From Paramoeba atlantica (lineage: Eukaryota > Protista > Discosea): a DNA stretch of 64,000 nucleotides. The notes under the pieces were generated by a model, which was given only the letters and a program-made list of their open reading frames with translations, searched no databases and had not been told where the DNA came from. The number at the start of each line of letters is the position of its first letter. The first letter of the stretch is position 1. Both the position numbers and the translations under genes were made by a program. Below are positions 40,136-51,841 of this stretch, one piece after another. The stretch spans positions 1-64,000 of the forward strand of contig CDRNVI010000011.1 of NCBI GenBank assembly GCA_977017575.1, in the 5' to 3' direction.

Positions 40136-40789
40136 ATGATTCCTTCACGAGCCTTCGTGGCTGCAGATTCTTTGACGCGACGAGGCAGGATCAGTATGGC
40201 CTCCATGTCACCAGAGCTTTTGTTTGATCGCTTTCTTCAGAACATTACGTCGAATACATTCAAATGGTCCGTGACTGACCCCCTATGTGATATGATGTAC
40301 GTCCGATGTACGAAGGATGACGATGTGTATTCCATTGCATTGGGACGACAGTCGCTTCATGGGACACTGCAATGGACGTATCTTCCAGTCACCCTGCAGT
40401 ATCTCTATCTTCAAGATAACTTCCTAACGGGAACTGTTCCGCTTCAACAATTACCCCCAGGGTTGTGTGATGCATATTTGAATCACAATCATTTTAGTGG
40501 TAAACTTGAATTTGAACGTGCGCCCCAAACTCTGACGACCTTCAGCGTATCTTCTAATCTGCTTTTCGGGTGTTTAGATTTCGCTTTTCTTCCGAGAGGT
40601 ATGACTGAGCTTTGGCTTGACAAGAATGAATTTTCTGAGACACTCCATTTCGAAGATTTGCCACTTACCCTGAACATGCTAGACCTTAGTTTCAACGATG
40701 AACTCGAGGGAGCCTTTCGCAAAGCGGACCTTCCTGCTTCGCTCAACCATTTTCAATACCAGAGTACAAATGTTGTTGAATTAAAGTAA
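40136..40789 (+). CDS. Short leucine-rich repeat protein (same family as 26125)
   Basis: LPVTLQYLYLQDNFLTG, LPPGLCDAYLNHNHFSG, LPRGMTELWLDKNEFS. Confidence 0.88.
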   Translation: MIPSRAFVAADSLTRRGRISMASMSPELLFDRFLQNITSNTFKWSVTDPLCDMMYVRCTKDDDVYSIALGRQSLHGTLQWTYLPVTLQYLYLQDNFLTGTVPLQQLPPGLCDAYLNHNHFSGKLEFERAPQTLTTFSVSSNLLFGCLDFAFLPRGMTELWLDKNEFSETLHFEDLPLTLNMLDLSFNDELEGAFRKADLPASLNHFQYQSTNVVELK

Positions 40790-41716
40790 TTTCAATTAAA
40801 CATTTGTGCAATTGCATCTTATTGCAAATATTATCTTCTTGTAAGTACAAAAGGAGATATTCTACGCACGTGTATCTCGGCGCTTAAAAATACCACCGCG
40901 TTTAACGAAGAGACTAAGAAAGAAAAATTGCCAAAAGATCATGAATAATCTATTTTTTCAGGTAGAAAAGCCCGATTTGTAAGCGAACATTTCGAAATTT
41001 CAACCCGAATTTGGTCCATTTTTGATGCCTTACCAGTAGAGGCGAATCTGTCGAAAAAAACGTCGCAGAATGGTAGCCAAGATCCCAAACTCTTAAAATA
41101 CATTTTAGGAGTCGATTTTGGAAAAATATTATTTTTGCTTTTTTTTGGGTCAAAAAAAGATTTTGGTCACCCCAAAAATTTCGGAAATTTTGACCTTGTC
41201 GGACCCCTCCTGCGCGTACTAGGGGGGGTGGAAAATTATCGCCGCGGCCTACTCTACCACTTCCCTGCGCTCGATTTTGAAAAGCAAAAAATTCGAGAAA
41301 AAAATCCCGACGTATGCCCCCCCTGGACCCCCCCCCCTGGACCCCCCCCCTAGACCCCCCCTTTTTTTTTAATTTTTTTTAATTTTGGACCACGGGAGCC
41401 CCCTTTATATTTCTTTCTTCTATTATATTACTGTGTTCCTCTTTATATTTTCACTGTTTTTGTTCACTTTTTTTCAATAATCGAGGGTAGAGCGGTTATA
41501 CAACCACCGCAACTTCAGTTTAATAGTAAACTGCATAAGCGCTTCTTTTGTAACGATCTCCACGTCATTCCCACATAATCCGGCAATCACGCGCCGGCAA
41601 ATCATCAACCTGACGCCAAACGACTGCGATAGTGCTACGCGTAGCGCAAAAAAAATCCTTATTTTCCAAACGTGGGTACGGAGAATACGCTCTAGACGAA
41701 GAAATTATATCCTTCA

Positions 41717-41965
41717 ATGGCCCCATCTTATGTGAACAAGGAGGTAGCGGCGCCATCCCACACGCTAAGAGTGGTGGAGGTCAATAAATGGTGCTCTCAA
41801 GAAGAGATGGCGCCCGTCAGAGGGATGGACTTCTACCCCCTGGCCTTCACCACTTATGGGGTGTCGGGCCCAGAGGCCTTGAACTTCCTGAACAAGGTGG
41901 CCCGGACCCGCGCGTCCAACGAGAACGGATGTCTCTCCCACTTTTTGATGGCCATGGGGGTGACT
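41717..41965 (+). pseudogene. 3' fragment of a CRE/SLACS-like non-LTR retrotransposon restriction-like endonuclease domain
   Basis: VEVNKW..GMDFYPLAFTTYGVSGPEALNFLNKVAR matches the E..K..KY..F.P....G..G..A..FL..LA tail; GC-richer than flanks. Confidence 0.6.
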
Positions 41966-42115
41966 ACCCAGAGCCTCATATTTTTTCATACTTTTCAGTA
42001 GAATAAATCGGAGGTATGACCCGCATTCAATGGGGTTGTCCCCTTGCCAATACGTTTCCTCTTCCGACCATGTCTTCTCATTTCGATGAGTCCAGAGTAT
42101 ACTGTATAACTCCCC

Positions 42116-42655
42116 CTAACGACACTTTGTGGCCAAAATATGATCGCCTTTAAAGATATCGTTGATGTACTTGCATGACCCATTGGGAAATCCCGGGGCA
42201 CGTATTTCAAAGGCTGTTATGTAGGTATCCGGGTTTTCCTGTCGCCGTGTATGTAAAAAGACGTTGTACTCGGATTTTCTTCGATGAGCGTTCTCCGCAT
42301 TCTCTTCCCAATGGAACTGTTAGCTAGACGAGGAACTCTGTCCCATTATGAAGTTTAATGTAACCGTCCGGACGGAGCAGTGTACCATGCTCCCTCAGCC
42401 ATGTTGGTGTTCGTTTTCAGATCGGCCACATTCAGATCGGTGCTTTGAGATGAGAACCAGAGTCTCAATGAGGATATTAAGATCGATGGAGACCTCGCAT
42501 GGCGATCGGCATACACTTGTCACCGTGGAACTGGTTAACTTGGAGAGTCGTTTGTTTAATCAATTTACTCGGAGGAACATCGTAGCCAACTTCAACTTTT
42601 CCTGTACATCGTGCGGGGGAAACGACAAAAAAGTTGAGTATGTGGCTACAGGTGT
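42116..42655 (-). pseudogene. Degenerate C-terminus of an R2/NeSL/HERO-type RLE non-LTR retrotransposon
   Basis: Across stops and frameshifts: HILNF(C), LLRPDGYI, *LTVP(W)EENAENAHRRKSEY, AFEIRAPGF. Confidence 0.7.
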
Positions 42656-43994
42656 AGATGTGCTAATAAGAAAAGAAGTAATGGATTTGCAAGAAAAGAA
42701 AAAAAGAGAAAGTTGGGAAGAACCACCGCGTTTAACGAAACGTCTAGAAAAGTAATTACAAATCACATTAGATTACTCCCCCCTCCATTAATTTCTATAA
42801 ATAGTAATTATAACAAAAAATCAAATTTATATACATGTATATTTATATTTATAGAAATTAATGAAGTGGGGTATTCTCTTTGGTCGGTTACTTTGCTGGG
42901 TGGACGTTCGAACATCTTTTTGCGGGCCTCCCGGGTGCTGCCGACTAATATTATTGAGTTTTTAATTATTGGCGAAGCTCTGCAACTTTTAATTAAAAAA
43001 TCAATAATTTTTGTGCCAATAATTTTCGTAGAAATTTGTACATATCGACAAACAATAGAATTTGTTAGTAGAGGGGCGGAAAACCCCAAAATTAGGTCAA
43101 AAGGGTTTTTTTCCTCCCAAAAAGATTCAAGAATTTTCACGGGGAAGAAAGTTGCTTTTTACCAAAAAATTATTATCCTTAGAAAGTACAATAGGTGTCC
43201 CTAGGTATAACCCGGACGGTGGTTTGCATCTCTCTACTCTTGTCAAATGCGTTGCGAAGGGCAGGTTATTAAGTGGTCATTAAGCGATGGGATGCGGGTG
43301 TGATCTCGCATGATCTCACGACCGGGTGTTGACATAAAACCAATCTCGCTCCTCCTGCGTCAAATCCTCTCATAAAATTAGAATTCTTGTGTAAAATCTT
43401 CTCTAAGACACTCTTCTCTAAAACGTGGTTGCCAAGATCAGACCTCATGAGAAATTTAAAAATTGTCCAAACAAATAAAAAAATGTTTCTAAAAAACTTG
43501 ACAACTTTTAATTAAAAATGCAATAATTTTTGTGCCATGAATTTCAGCGATTAATTGAATCGCTTTAGCGATTAATTGAATGAATTTTAGCGAGTAATTT
43601 TTGGCTTGGGTGGTAGATACGACAAACAAAAAACCGCTGCTGTGAAACAGATGTGCACTGGTTATAATTTCAGAGTGCAAAAGGTTGATCAGCACTTTGC
43701 GGAGCGAAAGTTTCATGAGCTTCGTCCTCGTCTTGATCCAAGATAGACATAGTTCCGAAAAGAACTGTCGCAAAAGTTGACCGAACAAAAATATAAATTT
43801 TCACAAATCTATAATTTTTTCTTCTAAAACTTCGGTAAGGCATTTATAGAAATTAATGAAGGGGGGAGTAATCAAACTTACACTAAAGCTTAGCTTTGTT
43901 GTGGAGGAAACTAATGAGAAGCGGTCGCCAGAGTTTATTTCTATGAATATACAGTCAAGTATGGATAAAGGTGGAAAGCGAAAGCTTTAGTCGT

Positions 43995-46470
43995 ATGCGG
44001 CAGGCATGTACTCGAGTTCATACAAGTCCTAAGGAATATCTTGATTTCTTTCTGCACACGGGAATACGCACCTCTCACACCTCCACAACATTTCGCGCAC
44101 GTAACTTGCTCACGGCTTGGCCGTTCAGCAGGCGTCGATTCAGCACTACCCGCGTCCCACTGCTACAAAAGTCTACAAAGTCACCCGCGTATGATATTCG
44201 TCGTGTCCGCAACATTGGGGTTGTAGCGCACATCGATGCAGGGAAGACGACCGCCACGGAGCGCATGTTATACTACTCCGGCGTGCAACAGCGCATCGGT
44301 GAGGTGGACAAGGGAAGTACCACGACAGATTACCTCGAGGAGGAGGCGGAGCGAGGGATTACGATCACCGCTGCGGCGGTTACTCTCCCCTGGAAAGACC
44401 ACACAATCAATGTCATCGATACCCCGGGACACGTGGACTTTACGGTGGAGGTAGAGCGCAGCCTTCGCGTTCTCGATGGGGTTGTAGCAGTCTTTGATGG
44501 CGCCGTCGGGGTGCAGGGACAAAGCCACACGGTGTTACGACAGGCACGGAAATATGGGATACCCGTGGTTGCGTTTATTAACAAAATGGACAAGCCGAAT
44601 TCGGACTTTATTAAAGCCGTTTCGAGTATTGAGAAAAAGCTTGCGGTGTGTCCCGCGCCATTGCAGTGTCCTCTCAGCGATGGCTACGCGGGGTTTGAGG
44701 GGGTTATTGATTTCTTAGAATTACAGACCATACGGTGGAAAGATCCTCGAGGCACTGTCATGCAGAAAGAATCGATCTGGAAAGAAGGGGACGAGGTGCA
44801 GCAACGCGCCAAGGCGGGGCGATCCGCTTTGCTGAATGAGTTGCTTCAACGCGATTCCACGCTACTTGAGGAATTTCTCGCCTACATTGAGACCTCCTCA
44901 CAGTCTGAGGAAGATTGTAAACTTTCCTTCCCCGTGGAATCCATTATCAAGGCCATCCGAGCACAATGCCAAAACCTCTCCAAAGACCCCTCCCTCCCCC
45001 AATACCTCCCCCTCCTCGTCGGCGCCGCTCGCCGCGATCAAGGTATCCAACCCCTCCTCGACGCCATTGTCCACTACCTCCCCAGTCCCCTCGACAAACC
45101 CCCCTCACCGTCCTCACCTCCCACGGCAAATCCCTTACCCTCTCCCCCCTCCCCCCTACACCCCCACCCCCCTCTCGTCTCCCCCCTCCCCCCCCACCGT
45201 CGCGCTCGTCTTCAAAGTCGTCTACCGGACCCCCTCCCCCGGGACCCCCTCCCCCGGGACCCCCTCCCCCCGCACCCCCTCCCCCCTCCTCGCCCTCTTC
45301 CGGGTCTACACCGGCACCCTCCGTCCCCGCACCCCCTACCACAACACCACACGGCACGCCCCCGAGACCCTCCCCCGGGTCTTCCGCATCCACGCCGACG
45401 CGCTCACCCCCGTGGACGCCATCCCCCCCGGCGCCCTCGGGGCCGCCTACTCCACCACCGCCCACACCGGCGACACCTGGGTCTCGGCCCCGTTCGCCCA
45501 ACACGACCCGTTCACCCTCCCCGGGGTGCCGGTCCCGGCCCCCGTGGTGGGGGTCGCGGTGGAGCCCGCGGACGGGAGTGAGGTCCCGCGGCTGCTGCAC
45601 GCCCTGCGCGTGCTGTGCCGCGAGGACCCGAGCCTGCGGGTGAACGAGACCGCGGCGGGGGAGGTGGTGCTGCAGGGGATGGGGGAGCTGCACGTGGAGG
45701 TGGGGCTGGCGCGGGTGCGGCGGGGGTTCGGGGTGGGGTGTCGGGCGCTGCCCGCGAGGGTGGAGCTGCGGGAGAGCCCGGGGGAGGGGGTGGAGGTGGG
45801 GGGGGAGGTGGTGGTGGAGGCGGAGAGGGGGCAGGGGGTGGTGGAGCTGGGGGCGCGGTTGGAGCCGAGGAGGAGGGAGGGGAGGGAGGGGGAGATTGAG
45901 GCGAGGGCGTGTGAGATTGAGATTGAGATTGACCGGGAGGCGATGGTGCGGGAGAAGATGAGGCAAATGGATCGGTTTGAGGCCACGAAGGCGGTGGAGA
46001 GAGGGCTGGCGCAGCTGCAGGCGGTGCTGCCGTCGCTCACGCGTGCGGCGCGGCACGCTCTGGCCAATAGCCCGCGACTCCATGTCGAGTTGCTGGGGGC
46101 GCGGCTCACATTCACCAGGGTGATCCCTCTGACCACAGCAAGCGTGTCACCCGGTGAAATCGAGACCGCCGTGGGTCGCTTCGTCTCTACGCTCTTACGT
46201 AAACGTGAGATGATTCTTGTTGAACCCTACATGCTTCTAGAAGTGCTTTTAGCCGACATTGGCTACCTCGGGGACGTCATGAAGGATCTCACACAGATGG
46301 GTGCCGTTTCCGTTCTTGAGCAAGAGAACGGGGACACCGTGGAGGCGATTGTGGCGATGCGAAATTTGACTCAGTATTCAGCGCGACTGCGACGCCTTAC
46401 AAAGGGACATGCACAGTACTGGTACAAACTCGATCACTACCGGAAGGTAGACAGGGCGTCTCGCCGTTAA
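43995..46470 (+). CDS. GFM2: Mitochondrial elongation factor G-like (EF-G2/ribosome recycling type); +1 frameshift in the poly-C region near 45100-45195
   Basis: RNIGVVAHIDAGKTT, ERGITI, IDTPGHVDF, NKMD; downstream frame LCREDPSL..LQGMGELHVEV..ILVEPYM. Confidence 0.85.
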
Positions 46471-46925
46471 TGTGCTCTTAGACGAAGAATCGGAGCTTTA
46501 GTGCTATAATGCATATTCATCAATCCTGAACCTTTTAGCTTCTTGTATTTTAGGAAGGTGACGGTAAAGGTCTGCCAAACTCGTAAAATTTAGCTTACCC
46601 GTGACCCGCATCCCGTCTTATACATTAGCTACTGATTTCCACTTTTTAATGATATTTTAATAGTTCCTCGTTAGTAGTGTGTAGCGATATCTGGCCACTG
46701 AATTAGATTTAATCAGATTAAATCTATTAGATTAAATTAATCTAATAGAGTGCTCTTGGGTTAAATTTCGGACATTGTGTCTTCCCCTGCCGTCGACTAA
46801 TCTTTATCTTTACCTTCATGTCCACATCGGATAGCGTCCACATTTATTGCGTGACATTCGCGAGTAATACGCCGTTCTGAATCTAGCACCACGTGTAATT
46901 TACAAATCCGCAACGAAGCCTTCAA

Positions 46926-47936
46926 ATGCCAGAGGATAAAACCAGCAAGCAGCTCGACCTCCTCGTCACGGGTTTATCTCTTGGCGTGAGTATGTACCTC
47001 ACCTACAAAATCCTCCAAAAAACGGGCGTCGTGAAAACCAAAGTCACTGTCAGCATTCGCGGCAAGACACTTCAGCTCTCCCCGTCCGAGTTAGAAATTT
47101 TACACACCTGTGCGGTGGATCCGAGCGAGATTACGATCGCATGGAGTGACATTGGGGGTCTTGTCAGCGTGAAACAGACCCTCTACCGTAGTCTGGTGCT
47201 TCCATTTGAGCACCCCGAGCTGTTCCCGCCCGGTTCACTGCGTCAACCCCCGAAAGGGATTCTGTTATACGGTCCCCCGGGTACGGGGAAAACACTACTC
47301 GCACGGGCGCTCGCGAAACGAGCCAACGCGTTCTTCATGGAGGTACGCGCCGAGGGGTTGTTTAGTAAATGGGTCGGGGAGTCCGAGTTGAACTGTGCGG
47401 CGCTGTTCTCCCTGGCACGGCTGTGTCAGCCCACGATTCTGTTTGTGGATGAGATGGACGCATTGCTCTCCGATCGCATGGAGGGTCATGCTAGTGGGGG
47501 CAATGCGGTTTATGGAAACACAAAGACGATTTTTCTACGGCACTGGGATGGGTTCGTGGGTTCGGACGCACGTGTAGTTGTTATTGGGGCGACAAATCTG
47601 CCGCAGGTTCTGGACCCTGCAGTCCTGCGTCGGATGCCGATACAAGTTCCGGTGGGATTGCCCGAGTTATCCGATCGCGAAGGTATTCTCAACGTACTTC
47701 TTCGAGGGGAGAATACCACAAAGTTGAATCTACAGAGCCTAGCTGAAGAGATGTATGGGTTTAGTGGGGCGGATATGAAGGCATGCGCCGTGGAGGCATG
47801 CTCCAACATGATTGCCGAGAAGTTGGAGAGTGGACAGTTCTCCAAATTAGTGCTAGAAGAGTCCAATTTTAAGAAAGCCCTTGAGACGGTGCGAAAATCT
47901 AAAAGCCATCAAAGGCAAACATTTTCTACTTTCTAA
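46926..47936 (+). CDS. MSP1: Msp1/ATAD1 AAA ATPase with N-terminal membrane anchor
   Basis: N-terminal hydrophobic segment, [38 protein letters not shown]. Confidence 0.9.
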   Translation: MPEDKTSKQLDLLVTGLSLGVSMYLTYKILQKTGVVKTKVTVSIRGKTLQLSPSELEILHTCAVDPSEITIAWSDIGGLVSVKQTLYRSLVLPFEHPELFPPGSLRQPPKGILLYGPPGTGKTLLARALAKRANAFFMEVRAEGLFSKWVGESELNCAALFSLARLCQPTILFVDEMDALLSDRMEGHASGGNAVYGNTKTIFLRHWDGFVGSDARVVVIGATNLPQVLDPAVLRRMPIQVPVGLPELSDREGILNVLLRGENTTKLNLQSLAEEMYGFSGADMKACAVEACSNMIAEKLESGQFSKLVLEESNFKKALETVRKSKSHQRQTFSTF

Positions 47937-48109
47937 TCTTGAAACGACCATGCAGTTGTCCGTTCTTCAGTTTTACTTCGGGGTGTTTGATCCATTTTGT
48001 TAACAAGATTCTTTGTCTTAAATTTGTGGGACTTTGTTTTAAAAACGTGATCCCGTATTTATTTGTTACATGCTTAGATACGTTGTATCATATTTCCTTA
48101 TCTTCTTCG

Positions 48110-50636
48110 ATGGTACGCGTATTAATGGTTGCGGAGAAGCCGTCTCTGGCTTCTTCCATTTCAGAATTGTTGTCGCACAAACGAATGCGGTCGGTAAAGT
48201 CATCGAGGAATACCTACGAATGGGAAGGGAACTTTCCACCACTCAATCGTACTGTGCAGTTTCGCATGGTGAGCGTTGCGGGACACGTTTTTTCGATTGA
48301 TTTTCATCAAAAGTATCAGAAATGGGAAGGTCAGGATGAAACAGCACTATTCTCTGCAACCACAATAAAGAAGGAAACCTCTAGCTCCATTGTGCATCAC
48401 CTTTCGCACTCTGCCCGTGACTGTGACTATCTCGTACTTTGGTTGGACTGCGACAAAGAAGGCGAAAATATTTGTTTCGAAGTTATCTCCATTGTAGAGA
48501 AGTACATCCGAAATTCCTCCAGGATATACCGTGCTCGGTTTTCTGCCATAACATCCTACGCTTTGCACTCAGCTCTCTCCTCCCTGTCACGACCCAATCA
48601 AAATATGTCCAACAGCGTAGAGGCACGACAGGAAATAGATCTAAAAATCGGCTGCGCCTTTACAAGGTTTCAGACAAAGTTCTTTCAAGGTAAGTACGGG
48701 AATTTGGACGCCTCCGTGATTAGCTACGGCCCCTGTCAAACCCCTACACTGGGATTTTGCGTACAACGACACGACCACATTACCCATTTCAAAGAGGAAA
48801 GGTACTGGAAGCTGCAGCTCGCTGTGACCCTCCATAATGATACGACATCCTTCAGTTGGAATCGTGGACGTGTCTACGACGAGCCTCTGGCCCAGTTACT
48901 CTTAAAAATGTGTTCCGGGACTCGTTGCAAGGTTAAATCCATCGATCGCAGCCGAGAACGTAAATCCTGTCCCCCCGCTCTCAACACGGTAGAGCTTCTC
49001 CGGGTGTGTTCTCGGGAGCTCGGCCTCAGTCCCGCCACTACGATGGCACTCGCGGAGTCACTCTACATGGAGGGCTATCTCAGCTATCCTCGAACCGAGT
49101 CCACACGCTATCCCCCCTCGTTTAACCTTTCAGAGGTACTCGAGCAGCAATCCGGATCCCCTCTCTGGGGCTCGTTTGCGAACAATCTCCTTTCTGCGGA
49201 CAAGGTCGTGGCACGAGGCGGTGGGGTAGATAAAGGGGATCATCCCCCGATTACCCCAATGCGGGTAGCCTCCCCGGAAACCCTCCAGGGGGATCGCTGG
49301 CGTATTTATGAGTACGTCACCCGACACTTTATTGCCAGTCTCTCCCCCCATGCGACGTATGAGGTCACGCGCGCACAGCTGAAGTACGGCCCGGAGGTTT
49401 TTGTAAAAACATGGAGGTCAATCGGGGATTCAGGATGGACTGCCGTGCTGGGGGAAAATGCGGGAAATACAAGGGTAAGCCCCTGCGCGCTGGATAAGGA
49501 ACAGGAACTTCATGTAGAGAAATGTGTGGTGGTCCAGGGAACCACGTCCCCTCCGTCGTACCTTACTGAGTCGGATTTGGTGACGCTCATGGAAAAAAAT
49601 GGGATAGGCACCGATGCCTCGATTCCGTCGCATATTCAAAATTTATGTGATCGAAATTATTGTAAAATTGGTCCTCGTCGTACAATGGAACCTACCCCGT
49701 TAGGGGTGACACTGATTCATGGCTACCAGTGTATTGATCCAGAGTTGGCGCTCCCGAAAGTGCGGTCTCATGTCGAAGTACAGGTAGAGCGCATCGCGAA
49801 TGGTACCGCGGCGAAGGAGGAGATTATCGCACATGTCCTCTCAAACTTTTTGGAAAAGTTTGTCTTTTTCCAGGCTAACGTAGAGCGAATGGATGCTTTG
49901 ATGCAGAGCAAGTTCGACCCCGTGTCCACGACGGGCAAATACATCACTCGCTGTGGCTTATGTCAAACCTACATGCGCTATATTCACTTTCGCCCTCAAA
50001 GGCTGTTCTGTGGTAAATGTAACGTAACCTACGCTCTACCACAGAATGGGAGCATTAAAGAGTTTGGTGGGGCGAAATGTCCGCTGGACGAGTTCGGGCT
50101 TTTGCTCTTTAGTGTAAAAGAGGGCAAAAGTTACCCCTTATGTCCCTACTGCTACAATAACCCCCCGTTCACCGAAAAGGGCTCCACCGCATCGAATATG
50201 GGATGTAATCAGTGTCGTCATCCGACGTGTGCGTACTCGGCCACGACGCTCGGTGTGGCTCCATGTGACACCTGTGAGCGTGGCACGATGATCCTGGATC
50301 CCTCCTCGGCACCGAAATGGAAATTCTGTTGCAATCTCTGCACCTCGTTGTGGAAAATTGAGCCTGTGGTCTATCGCGTGGATCTACACAAACCGGGACA
50401 CACACACGTGTACCGAGTGCGGAGCGAATCATGTACAGTTTACCTTTCACAAAGGTACAGAGGAACACAACCTCCATGGTGGGGCTCTTACCGGTTGTCT
50501 TATGTGTGAGGATCGGCTGTGGTCACTGGTGAAAACAGCTCGAGGGAAAGCCTGTGAATTCCGACGTCGGCTCAAGTCACGTCATCATGCAAAAGGGAAG
50601 GGTAGAAACAGCGGTCGACATGCACTTTCGTGGTGA
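48110..50636 (+). CDS. TOP3B: DNA topoisomerase III beta; +1/-2 frameshift in a (CA)n run at about 50398-50407
   Basis: VLMVAEKPSLA, WLDCDKEGENI, ISYGPCQTPTLG, YLSYPRTES, GIGTDAS, C-terminal Zn fingers; the true tail HTCTECG..GCLMCED lies in the next frame. Confidence 0.93.
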
Positions 50637-51042
50637 TATGGAACCTTCTATGAATTCGGTTTCGGTTTGATGCTCACGATTAGATGACAGTCGCATGATA
50701 CTCCGGGTTCATCTAGTCAAAGAAACAGGAAGTCAAAGAAACATCTTTCAAAGAAACATTTTGCCTCACGTTTTCAAGCACATGATTGTGTGTTCAATAT
50801 GACGTTTTCAATCGTACTTTTTTCTTTCGAATCGTGGTTGATTTACGGTACGAATTTTTACGTTTGTTTAATACTAATTTAATCACGAATTATGACTGGT
50901 ACGTACATGTATCTTTCAAAGATAACCTTTGTGCGTAACACCTACAAATATAAACGTTTATATTCCATATTTTTTATGCGCCAAGTCAAGTATTGACTTG
51001 GTAAAATTTCTGCAGTCGATGGGAACCGCCTAATATAAAAAA

Positions 51043-51495
51043 ATGCAAGACTATAACGAAGAAGGTTTACAATACATGAAGACGAACCCAAGTGATCCTT
51101 TCGGCATCACTTCTGCGGTTTCCGAACTAAATTTAAAGTACATTAGAACGGTTATGGGGGACGTAAATCGTGTTTTACAAACCTCTACTCATGTCACGTT
51201 ATACAAATATATTGCTGAATTCAAACGTTGGGAAAACACTGGAATACAGGGATGTATGTTTTTAACGACTACAGACTCATCTGCCTTGTCACTGATCTTA
51301 TTAAACCGAACAAATTTGCACAAAATTTCTATTTTCAAGCTCGATTTGAAGGAGAGCTCACAATCTCCCCTTCTACCTTGGTCAACAACATCGGAGGGAA
51401 GGATATTAATGAAAGGATCGGATGCTATCTATAGTCTATGGTTCTTGCGACAAAACGAGTTTGCTAGTTTTAAAGCCTGTCTACAAGACTTTTAG
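51043..51495 (+). CDS. DCP1: DCP1-like EVH1/PH-fold decapping cofactor
   Basis: LNLKYIR..VLQTSTHVTLYKY..WENTGIQGCMFL..LILLNR..IYSLWF matches the DCP1 domain pattern. Confidence 0.75.
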   Translation: MQDYNEEGLQYMKTNPSDPFGITSAVSELNLKYIRTVMGDVNRVLQTSTHVTLYKYIAEFKRWENTGIQGCMFLTTTDSSALSLILLNRTNLHKISIFKLDLKESSQSPLLPWSTTSEGRILMKGSDAIYSLWFLRQNEFASFKACLQDF

Positions 51496-51841
51496 AGATT
51501 CATTTCAAAAAACATAATTTTAAACCATTGCCTACAGCAGGTAAAATTCTTACAGTATTTTACTGCAGTGTCGCCGGTGAGGTCCGGCGAGCAATACAGA
51601 GCATTGTCTTCATCTGAGGTGAAGTGTGAAGTGATCTTCATCTTTTGAATTTCCAAAGTACATTTGTCCTTGCTTTACACATATTGAAATCCATGTAGAC
51701 GCTATAATGTAAACATTTCCGTACAATTCATGCAGGAGGGCGTATGAAAATATGAAATATTAAGAAAAGGGAGTTTGAAAGCAAACATGGATTGTGTACG
51801 TTTTTGAGATACTGTTGTGTCCGTTAGATACCTATTATTTT

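Noticed and set aside
42713-43788. ORFs of 70-160 aa in the AT-rich region
   Set aside because: Ile/Phe/Lys-biased, non-ATG starts, overlap repeated non-coding blocks
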